NCBI RefSeq assembly: GCF_009914755.1
Contig: NC_060926.1
Direction: 5' to 3' (one strand)
Length of the DNA stretch: 64,000 bases
Source: the human T2T-CHM13v2.0 reference genome, Homo sapiens
Within the stretch, counting starts at the first letter, position 1; each line of letters starts with the position of its first letter. The notes under the pieces are model-generated. The model did no database searches. It was not told where the DNA came from and saw only the letters and a list, made by a program, of their open reading frames with translations. Of the stretch, positions 13,666-32,778 are shown piece after piece. A program made the translations under genes and the position numbers.

Positions 13666-16600
13666 GAAGCCTAAATAAGTGACGAGTACATGAAACAAGT
13701 ATACACAATGTAAATTTTCAAATGTACAATCTCTAGATTACTAGCTGATGAATCATTAGGTTCTAATTAGGGAAACAGATATTATCCCCTAAAATTTGCT
13801 AAAATTTGGTCAGGAAGTCATTTATGCCTTAATGTTGATTAATAATCCATGTATCTAGCTGGCTTGGAGAAAGAATACCAACAACCTGGGAGATAATTTG
13901 TTGAAATACAAGAAACAACATGTAGGAAAAGAGAAAGGTAAAGAAATTAGCACTAGACCTACTCACTCTCTCACTTGATCAGCCTTTACTCCCTTACCTC
14001 CAGTTCTTCCTTTTCTGCTTTTATAATGGGTGCTTGTGGTATAAATAAAAGGAGGTCAGGCTATAAATTCAGATGACCCAAATTGAAGACGAGTCTTTCA
14101 TAGAGTGACATGAGATCTCAATATCTCTGAGTCCTAATATATTCATCTGCAAAATAAAGATGATAATGCCTGCTAATACACCTCATTATGCATGTGAGAG
14201 CAGTTTATTGTATATGTGTATTTTATTATCTAAAATTAGTCATACTAGATCTAGATGTAGACTGGTTTCCTGCTTTCAACCAATTTATGACTAAAGTTTT
14301 TAGAGTCTTTAAAATATTTAGTTTGGGGTAATGGTATCTAGATATTTTAAAACTTTTCCAGGGTAGCATACTGAACTGCTTATGATATAGAAAATTTTCA
14401 CTTTTTTTTGACAAATGAAATGTTGATATAGCTTTACTTTAATGGTTAAGAGAGGGGATGGCTTTGAATACTTTGGAGACACATGTGCAACCTGTGTTTT
14501 ACATGCAATCCCTATAATATAAAGATCTTTCATATGATAAAGTTTTCTTTATAAAGAGAGAGGATTTACAAGTCACACATGAAAAATAATCTTGTTATTT
14601 TACAATCACAGTTTGCAGCTGCCCTGTGTATTCATTATCTAGAAGGTAAAAGTGGACAAATATAATTTGGTAAGGTTGATCATTTCAGAGGTGAATGTAG
14701 ACTTTGAGCTTTATTAACTAAAGTTGAAAATTAGACCACCAGATTTCAACTACCCAGCAGTAATTAATTCCAGCATGTGAAGCTTAATTAAGGAAAAACA
14801 AAATACATTGCAAATTGTTGAAAAGAAAAGCCACCAACTGATGACACAGGACTATTTAAATATATTAAAGAAATGGTGCAGTATGTTAAGCATGTAATTC
14901 CGCCAAAATTCTCCCAGCTTTATTTTGTCTTCCTTTCCATATCCTTGGCTCTCAAAAATTCATTCTCAGTTCTTTGGCAAAAGAGACTGGAAGAGACCAG
15001 AAGGAGGAGAGGGGGAGTGGACAGCTCATGCTAATGCCACTTTTCATTTCATTTTTTTTTGAAAAATCCTACTTTGTGCATATAAAATATAGTTCATTTC
15101 TTATCCTGAGAGTTACCCTGGCATATGGCTCAATTGGAAACATCAAGGTTTTTAGTTCTTTTTAAAATGGCTTGCCTCTTTTCCAGACTTTTCTTCAGAT
15201 GTATTGTCAATGCCACTTTTAGAGTCTATCACCCTTATATTGGTAAAATCTTCTTCACTTTCTGGCCAGGAAGGTACTGACCATGATGGTAAATGAATAG
15301 TGAGTGGGACAAGTCTGGGACTGATTGTGAAAGCACCCATCTAAGCAGTTCCTTTTTCAGATATTATTGAGCTTGTGTTGTTGGAGTTTTTAGTAATATA
15401 AAAGACATGTTCTCTAGACCCAGAAAGAAAACTCACTTCTACTTTTTACTCTTCTATTGAGTTAAGTAATCCAAAGGCATCTATTGAACTTTATAATCAT
15501 GCTCTGAAATCTGTGTGCTCAATTGAAATTCCATGAGCCCAATCTAATCCTGATCCTTCTTGATAAAATACAATGCTGATTAATGCTGATCTTAAGAACA
15601 TTTCTATGTATCTGAAGATTTTTAAACTCAATGCTTGTCTGGTCTGGTATTGGCATGACTAAAATATCCAATTTTAAAAGTTGAATGTGGGCTGTAAGAA
15701 TTAATATCTTGTTCTATTGACCATCTTGGTTAAAGTTTTTGGTTTGCAAAGTATAAAAATACTTGTCCAATTTAATTCATCAAGACTGTTCTGCATTATT
15801 CTGCAATAAATCCTGTATAGAGTCCACTGAATGCATGGAATCATTGGATAATGGCAGACTCTGCCCAAAGAGGGGAAAAAAAGATAGCCTAAAAGTAAGT
15901 ATCAAATAGGGAAGTTTTGAGTATGAAATAAAAGATAAAGGTAAAAGAAAACTGGAGGGAGATAAGTAGTTTGTTCCTTATTTTTCCTAAATGGAAATAT
16001 ATTTTATAATGTTTTATAAGAAATATAAACAATATTTCTCTTAAAAAGTATAAAAAGTGTTATTCTTTGTTTGCAATGCTAAGAAAGTTTTCATGATACT
16101 TTATAAAAGTGACTTTCGATTTCTGGCTGGCAATAATTTCTGAGTCCTGAGGCAATTGTCAGTCACTTTTTCAAATTGGAGAATACAGTAATAGTTTTAA
16201 GAGTATACCCTTATTTTCAGCTCAATATGTACATTCTAAATCTAAATATCATGTGTAAACAAGTATACATAGAGCTTCATGTGACAAAAATATACAAGTT
16301 ATAAAAATTCATTCACAATCAGTAACATACAAATGTCTGTATCCAGAAATTTTGAAGGACTGAGCAAGGTTATATTTTTCCTTAGCACATTCTTCATCTA
16401 TTTTCCATTTTTCTTACCTGGCAGGCAGCTAGGGGCTACAGAGTCAAATAATGAAGTTGTCTTTCATTTGGATATAGTTTATTAATGGGAAAACACTAAT
16501 CCATTAATCAACCGAAGTCAGTAAATTTTTTTTAAAAAGTATCTTCTTTGGTAACAGAGATCACATACCTCTTAAAAAGGAGCCATTATCTCCATGGGTT

Positions 16601-17819
16601 TCTCAGCTGAAGTTAAAAGTCTAAAAATGATTTTCATTCATTCCTCATTAATATGCAAAATTATTCAAATTAGATAGTAATTAACCATCTACTCAGTAGA
16701 AAACCTTTTCATGATAATTTATGATAAACTCAGTTGCCGCTTTGATTGAGATTGATTTTTGGTGTTGAGAATCTATCATGAATACAAAAAAGCACCTGAA
16801 AAAATATTTTTAAACACCTAACTTATTGCTTAGCTAATTACATGGTAGCCATCTTCACAGACTGTTCCAAAGAGAAGCTTATCAAATAAGATCAGTCCAA
16901 AAAAAAGCTGTGCAGTGCATACACTCTTCCCATATTTATAGTAAATCTCAGCCCAGAGCACAATGTCTGGATGCCTCTGTTTAGTTGACTCATATCATTT
17001 TTGGACTTATTATTCTTTAATTGAACTAACTGTCACACTCCAGATAAGACTGCCTGGCTAATACAGAATTTCAATAAGAGGCAAACTATGGAAATTTTCA
17101 CATATCCTCACGATCAATTGATTTCACAGGATATTTTACTCAATGGGCTCAGTTATGATTTGTAAACAGACTTCAGTTTTACTTTCTGCAGATGAGAAAG
17201 AGACCTCAGTAGTAGGTGATGAAAGGGTGATTATTATGTGCTTGTCAGGCTAGTGGAAGTCATTTTCATTCTCAACAACAAAAGCTGGAGTTGAGTATCG
17301 GTGACCATAGGGTACGCAACTGGATCTAAACACTGAAGACTGCTATTCAAAACGTTGCTCCCTGAGAGTAACAAAAACATGGGGACACAGTTAGTGACCT
17401 TCTCTTAGCACTTTTTAAAAATACACAAAGGAAAACACCTACTACTTTCAGTACCTATTTGGTTGCAGAGATCAACTATGGGTGAGAATTCCTGTGGCAA
17501 TAGATGAAAAGGAAAATCTGACTCCGGCTGGGTGTAGGTGGCTGCCTCAATCATCCACTTAAAAGCATTTTATTATGGGATCAGAATAGTACATGTTATA
17601 TTTTGGCAAGCATTTTACCTTCATTTATATTTGTATGCAAGAAGATTCTAGATGTTATTTCATTTGCTCCTCTGTCAGGTATGATGGACAGATACTGAAC
17701 TCATTTTCCAGATGAAGAACATGAGGCCTGAGTGGTGTGACTGTTAACAAATTAATCAGCCAGTTAGATGAGCAGGGACTAGGACTTGGTGTTCTTTCTG
17801 CTTTTTTCTTGCTAGCTAC

Positions 17820-18045
17820 TTGGTATTTTTCAAAATGTCTCCCAAAGATGGCCTACATCAGAATCATCAAGGGTGCTTATTAGGGATGCCACTTGCGAGG
17901 CCCCTTCTCAGTTGTACTGTGTCAACCTCTGGAGAAGGCATCTAAGTAATTCCATTTTAAAAGTACCTGCCCAGGTAATTCTTAAGCGCGCACACACACA
18001 CACACACACACACTCACACACACACACATTTTTAATCCACTGCCT
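17820..18045. mobile_element. MER5-type hAT-Charlie MITE containing a (CA)n tract at ~17991-18028
   Basis: CATCAGAATCA..GGGTGCTTATTA..CATTTTAAAAG..CCCAGGTAATTCT..CCACTG. Confidence 0.6.
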
Positions 18046-18484
18046 ATAGCTTTGCCTCACCAAACAGTTGATCTCCCACCCTTGCAAAATGTATACTATA
18101 TCTTCAGAGAATAGGACAAATGGGGAGTGATAGCCTTGTGTGGATCCTCCTGGGGATTGTCTGACAAGGTGAATTATAGGGTAATTAGTAAAATATCCTG
18201 AAAACATTGTTCTGAATTTTCCCAGCAATGTCTGAAAAGGTTAATTATATAATAATGAGCATAAGCTTAAACAAAGAGGAGAAAAATCTGCACTCAAAAA
18301 AGTAACACCTTAAAAAAATTTTGAAAGGTGCCTCTACAAAACTGAGTGAAATGATTGCAATTTGAAGCAACTGCTAGTTCCCATAGGGAACAGTAAGTTC
18401 CCAGTAAAGATGATATGTGTGCACATTTTTTTTGTTAGGATTCTAAAACAACAGAATTAGCCATAAGCTAGGAGTTGCTATGAT

Positions 18485-18810
18485 TTATGTTTTATAATAG
18501 CCCCTCCTTTCCATTTCCTGGTCAGCATTCTGGATGATTATTTCATTTAGCACATATTCTCTAGTTTGTTTCTTTCGCTTCAAGTCTATTTTACATTTTC
18601 CTGTACTGAACTGCATTTGCCATCTGCTGATCCAATTACTTATACAATCCAAATCCTTTTGAGTCTGATTGTTTTGTTCCTCATTATTTGCTCAGCCTCT
18701 AGTTTTAGTATCCTCTGTAAACTCCAAAATCTTGTTTTCAATACCTCATCTGAATTTCTTATATACAATACAACCCAATTAGCTCAAACTTTAGGTTTTC
18801 CTAAGGCTAC
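18485..18810 (-). mobile_element. Ancient CR1/L3-clade LINE ORF2 (reverse transcriptase) fossil
   Basis: Minus frame 18745-18485 translates GIENKILEFTEDTKTRG*ANNEEQNNQTQKDLDCISNWISRWQMQFSTGKCKI..., matching the CR1 RT pattern GIE..KFADDTK..Q.DLD.L..W...WQM.FN..KCK. Confidence 0.85.
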
Positions 18811-19014
18811 TTGTGTTTGAGGGGATTTAGATAAGTTGAGTGGATTTGGATCCTAACAAAGTCCTGACAATTCACTCTTCTAAGGATAGCTGATCCATCA
18901 AAAATTGAATTATTGCCTTTAAATTGAAAGAAATTAAAAAAACAGGAAAGATACGCATTCTAAAATTCTGCTATATATACAGAAGACCAATATATTGTCG
19001 TCAACATCGTCATC

Positions 19015-19159
19015 TTTTTTCAGCTTTAGTGGGGTTTAATTGAGAAAAACTGTATATGTTTAAAGTGTACAATGTGATGTTTAAATATATGTATATGTTG
19101 TGAAATGATTACCACAATCACGCTAACTAACATAACCATCACCTCACATAGTTACCTTC

Positions 19160-19199
<40 letters not shown>

Positions 19200-19303
19200 T
19201 GAGAATATTCAAATACAATTGTAAGCTAAGAGAGTAGATTTTGAATATCCTCATCATGCTAAGAGAGTAGATTTTGAATATTCTTTTCACAATTAGTATA
19301 CAA
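19015..19303 (-). mobile_element. 3' end of older L1 (L1MA8-10-like); outer element of a nested pair
   Basis: CAGCTTTA..GTGTACAATGTGATG..GAAATGATTACCACAATC..CATCACCTCACATAGTTACC; contains (TG)n at 19161-19198. Confidence 0.85.
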
Positions 19304-22300
19304 TTTTTTTTAGATTTTAATTTTTGTGGGTACATAGGTGTATATATCTATGGGTTACATGAGATATTTTGATACAAGCATACAATGTGTAATAATAACA
19401 TCAGGGTAAATGGGGCATTCATGACCTCAAGAATTTATTCTCTCTTTGCGATACAAACAATCCAATTATACTTATAGTTATTTTTAATACATAATAAATT
19501 ATTGTCGATTATAGGTACCCTGTTATGCTATCATAATACTAAATTTTATTCATTCTATTTTTGTACTCACTAATCATTCCCACTCCTCTTCCCAGCTTCT
19601 AGTAACCGTAATTCTATATATATCTCCATGAGTTCAATTGTTTTAATTTTTAGTTTTCACAAATAAGTGAGAATATGAGAAGTTTGTCTTTCTGTGCCTG
19701 GCCTATTTCACTTAACTTAATGTCCTCCAGTTCCATCCATGTTGTTGCAAATGACAGGATCTCATTTTCTTTTACGGCTGAATAGTACTCCATTGTGTAT
19801 GTGCACCACATTTTTGTTATCCATTCATCTGCTGATGGACACTTAGGTTGCTTCCAAATATTGACTAGAGTGAATGGTGCTGCAATAAACATAGAAGTGC
19901 AGATATCTCTCCTATAAACTGATTTCTATTCTTTGGGATATATACCTAGCTGTGAGATTGCTGGATCATATGGTAGCTCTATTTTTAGCTCCATTTTTTC
20001 TGAGGAACTTCCAAACTGTTCTCCACAGTGATTGTACTAGTTTACACTCCCACCAATACTGTATGAGGGTTCTCTTTTCTCCACATCCTCACCAGTATTT
20101 GTTATTTCCTGTTTTTTAGATAAAAGTCATTTTAACTGAACTGAGATGATAACTCTTTGTAGCTTTGATTTGCATTTTCCTGATGACCAATGATGTTGAG
20201 TACCTTTTCATATGCCTGTTTGCCATTTGTATGTTTTTTTTTTTGAGAAATGTCTATTCAGATCTTTTGTCTGTTTTTAAATCAGATTATTAGATTTTTT
20301 CCATAAAGTTGTTTGAACTTCTTATATATTCTGATTATTAATCCCTTGTCAGATGCATAGTTTGCAAATATTTTCTTCCATTCTGTGGGTTGTCTCTTCA
20401 CCTTTTTTTGTTTCCTTTGCTGTGCTGAAGCTTTTTAGTTAGTTGTGATCCCGTTTATCCCCTTTTGCTTTGGTTGCCTTTGCTTGTGGATATTACTCAA
20501 GAAATTTTTGCCCATTCCAATGTCTAGAGAATTTCTCCAAGGTTTCCCTTTAGTAGTTTCAGTTTCAGTTCTTAGATTTAAGTCTTTAATTCATTTTTAT
20601 TTGATTTTTGTATGGGGAGAGATAGGGGTCTAGTTTCGTTCTTATGCGTATGGATATCCAGTTTTACCAGCAACATTTATTGAAGAGACTTTCCTTTCCA
20701 TAATGTATGTTCTTGGCACCTTTGTCAAAAATGAGTCTATTCTAGATGTGTGAATTTATTTCTGTGTTCTCTCTTCCGTTCTTCTGATCTCTGTGTCTGT
20801 TTGTATGTCAGTACCATGCCATTTCGGTTACTACACCTCTGCTGTATACTTTGAAGTCAGGTAATGTGATTCCTTCAGTAGTGTTCTTTTTGCTTAGGAT
20901 AGCTTTGGCTATTCTAGGTCTTTTGTGATTCCATATAAATTTTAGAATTATTTTTTCTATTTTGTGAAGAAAGTCATCGGTATTTTGATAGGGACTGCAT
21001 TGAACTTGTAGATTGTTTCCACTAGAATGGACATTTTAACAATATTGATTCTTCCAATCCAAGAACTTGGAATGCCTTTCCATTTTTTTGTGTGTCTTCA
21101 ATTTCTTACATCAGTGTTTTATAGTTTTCATTGCAGAGATCTTTCACTCCTTTGGTTAAGGTAATTCCTAGATATTTTATTTGTAGCTATTATAAATGAG
21201 ATTAATTTCTTGACTCCTTTCTCATATTGTTCACTTTTGGCATATAGAAATGCTACTGATTTTTGTATGTTGATCTTGTATTCTGAAACTTTACTGAATC
21301 TATTAGTTCTAATAGTTTTCCTTTAGGTTTTTTCAAATATAAGATCACATCATCTGCAAGTAAGGATAATCTGATTTCTTTCTATCCCATTTGGATGCCC
21401 TTTACTTCTTGCTGTTGTCTGATTGCTCCAGCTAGCCTTTCCAGTAATACGTTGAATAACAGTGGTGCCAGTGACCATCCTTGTCATGTTCCAAATCTTA
21501 CAGGAAAGGCTTTTAGTTTTTCCCCAATCTATGTGATACTAACTGTGGGTCTGTCATATATGGCCTTTATTATGTTAAGGTATGTTGCTTCCACCTCCAG
21601 TTTTTTTAGGGTTTTTTTTTAATCATGAAGGGATGTTGAATATTATCAAACGCATTTTCAGCATCGATTGAAATGATCATATAGATTTTTGTTCTTCATT
21701 CTGTTGATATGATGTATCACATTCATTGATTTGCCTATGTTGCTCCATCTTTGCATCCCTGGGATCAATTCCACTTGGTGATGATTAGTGATCTTTTTAA
21801 TGTGTTGTTGAATTTGTTTTAGTATTTTGTTGAGGATTTTTCCATCCATATTCATAAGAAATATTGGCTGGAAGTTTTCTTTTTTTGATATATCTTTGTC
21901 TGGTTTTGGTATCTGGGTAATACTGGCCTTGTAGATGTGTTTGAAAGTATTCCCTCCTGCTCTATTTTTTCAAAATAGTTTGAGTAATATTGATATTAGT
22001 TCTTCAAATGTTTGGTAAAATTTGGCAGTGCTGCCATTGGGTTGTAGGCTTTTCTTTGCACATTTTATTATGGCTTCAATTTAATTACTTGTTCTTGGTC
22101 TGTTCAGGTTTTAGATTTCCTTATGATTCAATCTTGGTAGATTGTATGTGTCTAGGCATTTATCCATTTCTTCTGGATTTTCCAATTTATTGGCATATAG
22201 TTGCTTATAGTAGCTTCTAATGATCCTGCAAATTTCTGTGGTATTTGTTGAAATTTTTTCTTTTTCATTTCTGCTTTTATTTATTTGGGTCTTCTCTCTT

Positions 22301-23129
22301 TTTTTAATAGTCTGGCTCAAGGTTTGTCTACTTTATCTTTTTAACAAATCAACTTTTCATTTTGTTGATCTTTTGAATTTTTTTCATTTCAGTTTCATTT
22401 ATTTCTGCTCTGATTTATTATTTTTCATTTCAGTTTTATTTATTTTTCTCTAATCTTTATTATTTCTTTTCTTCTAATTTTCAATTTGGTTTGCTGTCTT
22501 GATTTTCTAGTTTTTTAAGATGTATTGTTAGGTTGTTCATTTGAGGTTTTTGGCTTTCTTGATATAGATGTGTATAGCTATAAACTTTCCTCTTAGCGCT
22601 GCTTTCACTATATCCCATAAATTTTGGTATGTTCTGTTTCCATTATCATTTGTTTGAAAAAAATGTTTTAATTTCCTTCTTAATTTTTTCATTGACCCAC
22701 TGGTCATTCAGGAGCATACTGTTTAATTTCCATGTGTTTTTATAGTTAATACAATTTCTCTTGATACTGATTTTTAGTTTTATTCCATTGTGGCTAGAGA
22801 AAATACCTGATATAATTTCTTTTTTTTATTTTTTAAGACTTTTTTGTGAGCTAAAATATAGGGTATCTTTGAGAATAATCCATGTGCTGAGGAAAAAATG
22901 TATATCCTGCAGCCATTGAATAAATTGTTCTGTATATATCTGCTAGGTCCACTTGTTCTATAGTGCAGATTAAGTCTAATGCTTTTTTGTTGATTTTCTG
23001 TCTGGATGATCTGTCCAATGCTGAAAGTTGGGTATTGAAGTCTCCAGCTACTACTGTATTGGGGTCTCTCTTTAGCCTTAATAATATTTGCTTTATATAT
23101 TTGGGTCCTCCAGTGTCCTCCAGTGTCAC

Positions 23130-23255
23130 ATATATATATACATATATATATGTGTGTGTGTGTGTGTGTGTATATAGTGTATATATATACAATTATATAT
23201 ATATATAGTGTGTGTATATATATAGTGTGTGTGTGTATATATATAGAGAGAGAGA
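23130..23255. repeat. Compound (TA)n/(TG)n/(GA)n microsatellite inside L1
   Basis: Read directly. Confidence 0.9.
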
Positions 23256-23700
23256 ATTGTTTTATCCTCTTGCTGAACTTACCCCTTTATCATGATATAA
23301 TGACCTTATTGTTGGCCTCTTTTTACAGTTTTTGTCTTGAAATCTATTTTGTCTGATAAAGCAAAGCTACTCCTGCTCTGTTTTGGTTTCCACTGCATGG
23401 AATATCTTTTCCATCCCTTTTTTTAGTCTTTTTTTCATCTTTTTTTTTCAGTCTTTATAGATGAAGTGTATTTCTTGTAGGTCACAGATCACTGGGTCTT
23501 GTTTTTCTATCCATTCAGCCACTCTGTGTTTTTTGATAAGAGTGTTTAGTTTTTTTATATTCAATGTTCTTATTTATAAGTAAAGACTTAATCCTACCAT
23601 TTTGTTATTTGTTTTCCAGTTGTTTTGTAGACTTCTTTCTTTCCTTTCTTCCTGTCTTCCTTTTAGTGAAGGTAGTTTTCTCTGGTAATATGTTTTAATT

Positions 23701-23702
<2 letters not shown>

Positions 23703-23740
<38 letters not shown>
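23703..23740. repeat. (GT)n microsatellite
   Basis: Perfect GT run. Confidence 0.95.
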
Positions 23741-23741
<1 letters not shown>

Positions 23742-23970
23742 TGTCGTATTTTTTTTAGGTTCCCAGGAGGCTTCTGAATAATATCTTATAACCCATTATT
23801 TTAAATGGATGACAACTAAAGACTAATTGCATAAACAAACAAGCAAAGAGAAAACTAATAAAACTCTACACTTAAACTTCTTATCCCCACTTTTGAACTT
23901 TTTGTTGTTTCTATTTATATTTTATTGTATTGCCTATGTCTTGAAAAGTTGTTGTAGCTATTATTTTTGA

Positions 23971-24254
<284 letters not shown>

Positions 24255-27200
24255 CATATTTTAGTCTTTCTACTCAGGATATAAGTAGTTTATGAACCAC
24301 AATTACAGTTATAATATTCTGTGTAACTATTGCCACTGAGTTTTACACCTTCAGATGATTTCTTACTGCTCATTAATGTCTTCATTTTTTCAGATTAAAA
24401 AACTCCCTTTAGCATTTTTTGTAGGACAGGTCTGGTGTTGATGAAATCCCTCAGCTTTTTTGGTCTGGGAACGTCTTTATTTCTTCTTAATATTTGAAGG
24501 ATATTTTCACTGGATCTATAATTCTAGGATAAAAGTGGGGTTTTTTTCCTTCAGCACTTTAAATACATCATGCCAGTGTTTCCTGGCCTGTAAGTTTTCC
24601 ACTAAAAGTCTGCTGCCAGATGTATTGAAGTTCCTTCCTATGTTATTTGTTTATTTTCTCTTGCTTTTAGGATACTTTCTTTATCATAGATCTTTGAGAG
24701 TTTAATTATTAAATGTCTTCTTTGGGTTAAATCTCCTTGGTGTTATATAACCTTCTTGTACTTGACTTTTGATGTCTTTCTCTAGGCTTGGGAAGTTCTC
24801 AGTTATTATCCCTTTCAATAAACTTTCTACTCCTATCTCTCTACCTTCTCTTTAAGGCTAATAATTTAGATTTGCCCTTCTGAGGCTATCTGGCAAACCT
24901 TGTAAATAGATCTTGTAGATATTCATTTTTTTAAATTATTTTTTCTTTTGTCTTCTGACTGTGAATTTTCAGATAGCCTGTCTTCAAGCTCACTAATTCT
25001 TCTTCTGCTTGATTAATCCTGCTGTTAAAAGACTCTGATGCATTCTTTAGTATGTCCATTGCATTTTCAACTCCAGAATTTCTGCTTGATTTTTTAACTA
25101 TTCAATCTCTTTGTTAAATTTATATGATAGGCTTCTGAATTCTTTCTTTGTGTTATCTTGAATTTAATTGAGTTTCCTCAAAACAACTATTTTGAATTCT
25201 GTTGGAAAGGTCATATATCTCTGTCTCTCCAGGATTGGTCCTTGCTGACTTATTTAGTTCATTTGGTGAGGTCAGGTTTTCCTGGAAGGTCTTGATGCTT
25301 GTGGATATTTGTCAGTTTCTCAGCATTCAAGAGTTAAATATTTATTGTAGTCTTCACAGTCTGGGCCTGTTTATACCCATCCTTCTTTGGAAGGCTTTCT
25401 CAATATTCAGTATTCAAAGAAATTTAAGTGTTATAATCTATGTTTTTAGTCTCTGCAGCCATATCTGCATCAGGTGGCATCCAAAGCCCAGTAATGCTGT
25501 GGTTCTTGTAGACTCATAGAAGTACTACCTTGGTGGTCTTGGATAAGATCCAGAAGAATTCTCTAGATTACCAGACAGAGATTTTTGTTCTCTTCCCTTA
25601 CTTTCTCCCAAACAAGTGGAGTCTCTTTCTCCATGTTAAGCTTCCTTGAGCTGGGGGAGGGATGACACAGCACCCTAGTGGCCACCAACACTGGGACTGT
25701 GCTGGGTCGGACCTAAAGCCACCATGGTCTGTGTCTTGCCCAAGGCCCACAATAACCACTGCCTGGCTACCACCTATGTTTGCTCAAAGCCCAAGAGCTC
25801 TACAATCCGCAGGTAGCAAAGCCAGCCAAGCTTGTCTCCTTGCCTTTAGGGCAGTGCATTCTCCCTGGTCCCAGCTAGGTCCAGAGATGCTGTCCAGGAG
25901 CCAGGACTTGGAGTCAAAAATCTCAGGAATATACCTGGTGCCTTATTCTACTGTGGCTGAGTTGGCACCCAAGCCACACGACAGAGTCCTTCTGACTTTT
26001 CTTTCCCCTTTCCATAAGCAAAGCAGCATCTCCCCAAGGCCACCACTGCCTTAGGCCTATGGTGAGTACTGCCTAACCACCACCAGTGTTCACTCAAGGC
26101 CCACGTGTTCTTCAGTCAGCTTTTGGTGATTGCCTCCAGGCCTAGGACCCTCCCTTCAGGAAAGTGGGGTTCCCTCTGGCCTAGGACTGTTCTGGAAATG
26201 CTGTCCAAGAACCAAGGCCTGGAATCAGGGACTGCAAGAGCCTGCTTGGTCCTCTACCCTACTGTGGCTGAGCTGGTACCTAAGGTGGAAGACAAAGTCC
26301 CCTTTACTCTTCTCTCTCCTTTTCCCAAACAGAAGGAGTCTCTCCCTGTAGCCACCAAAGCTGGGAATGTGCTGGATCTCACCTGAAGCTAGTACATCTC
26401 TGAGTCCTACTCAAGGCCCACAGAAAGTACTGCCTGGGTGTCATTGCTGATTATTCAGGGTCCAAGGCTCTTTAGTCAGCAGGTGACGAATCCTTCTAGA
26501 ATTAGGTCCTTCACTTCAAGGCAATGGGTTCCTTTTTGGCCCAGGGAGTGTCTAGAAATGTTGTCCAGAAGCTAGGGCCTAAAATGGGGGCTGTTGGACT
26601 CTGCCTGGTGCCCTATCCTACTGCAGCTGAGCTAGTATCCAGCTTGCAAGGCAAAGTCTTCTTTACTCTTCCCTCTCCTCTCCTCAAGCAGAGGACAGGA
26701 GTTTCTCCCAGAGCTGTGAGCTGCACCACCTGGGGCTGGGGAAGAGTGGCAAAAGCACTGCCTTGGCTACCCCATCTGGTGTCTCACTAAGTTGTGGGCC
26801 CTGTAGATCTCCTGGCCCCAAGCCCAGCACAGCACCAGGACTTGCCGAAGAATTGCAGACCTTGTGGCCTACATGGCCTTTCAAGTTTCTTTGGTACTCC
26901 AGAGTACTTTAGCCTGCTATGAAAAGGCTTATCGGAACTCAGGTTCTAACTATTGTGATGGGCAATTCTCCTCTGGCTAGGGCTTGTCTAAATGCTCCTC
27001 TGTGTGTGCCAGCTGAGTTCTGCCCCATGTTGCTTTCCACTGTGACAGTACAACTCTGAGTTCCAATGCAAAATTCCACAATCACTGTGCGCTCCCTCCC
27101 CCAAACACATAGATTCTCTTTCTGGGCCACGCAGCCACTGCCAGGGGATTGGGGAGGGGTGGCATCAGCAATTCAAGACTGTCTTTTCTATCTCCTTTAG

Positions 27201-27346
27201 TGCTTCTTTCTGTGATACAAAGTTAAAACCTGGTACTTTGATTGCTTGCTTGGTTTTTAGTGGTTATAAAGGTGCATTTTTGTGTGGACGTTTGATTCAA
27301 TTTGGTGTCTGTGAAGACTTCTATTTAGCCGTTTTGCTCCACTTCC

Positions 27347-32778
<5,432 letters not shown>

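Noticed and set aside
14690-14930. Cluster of TAATTA homeodomain-type sites as an enhancer
   Set aside because: Expected frequently at this AT content; cannot be supported without conservation data
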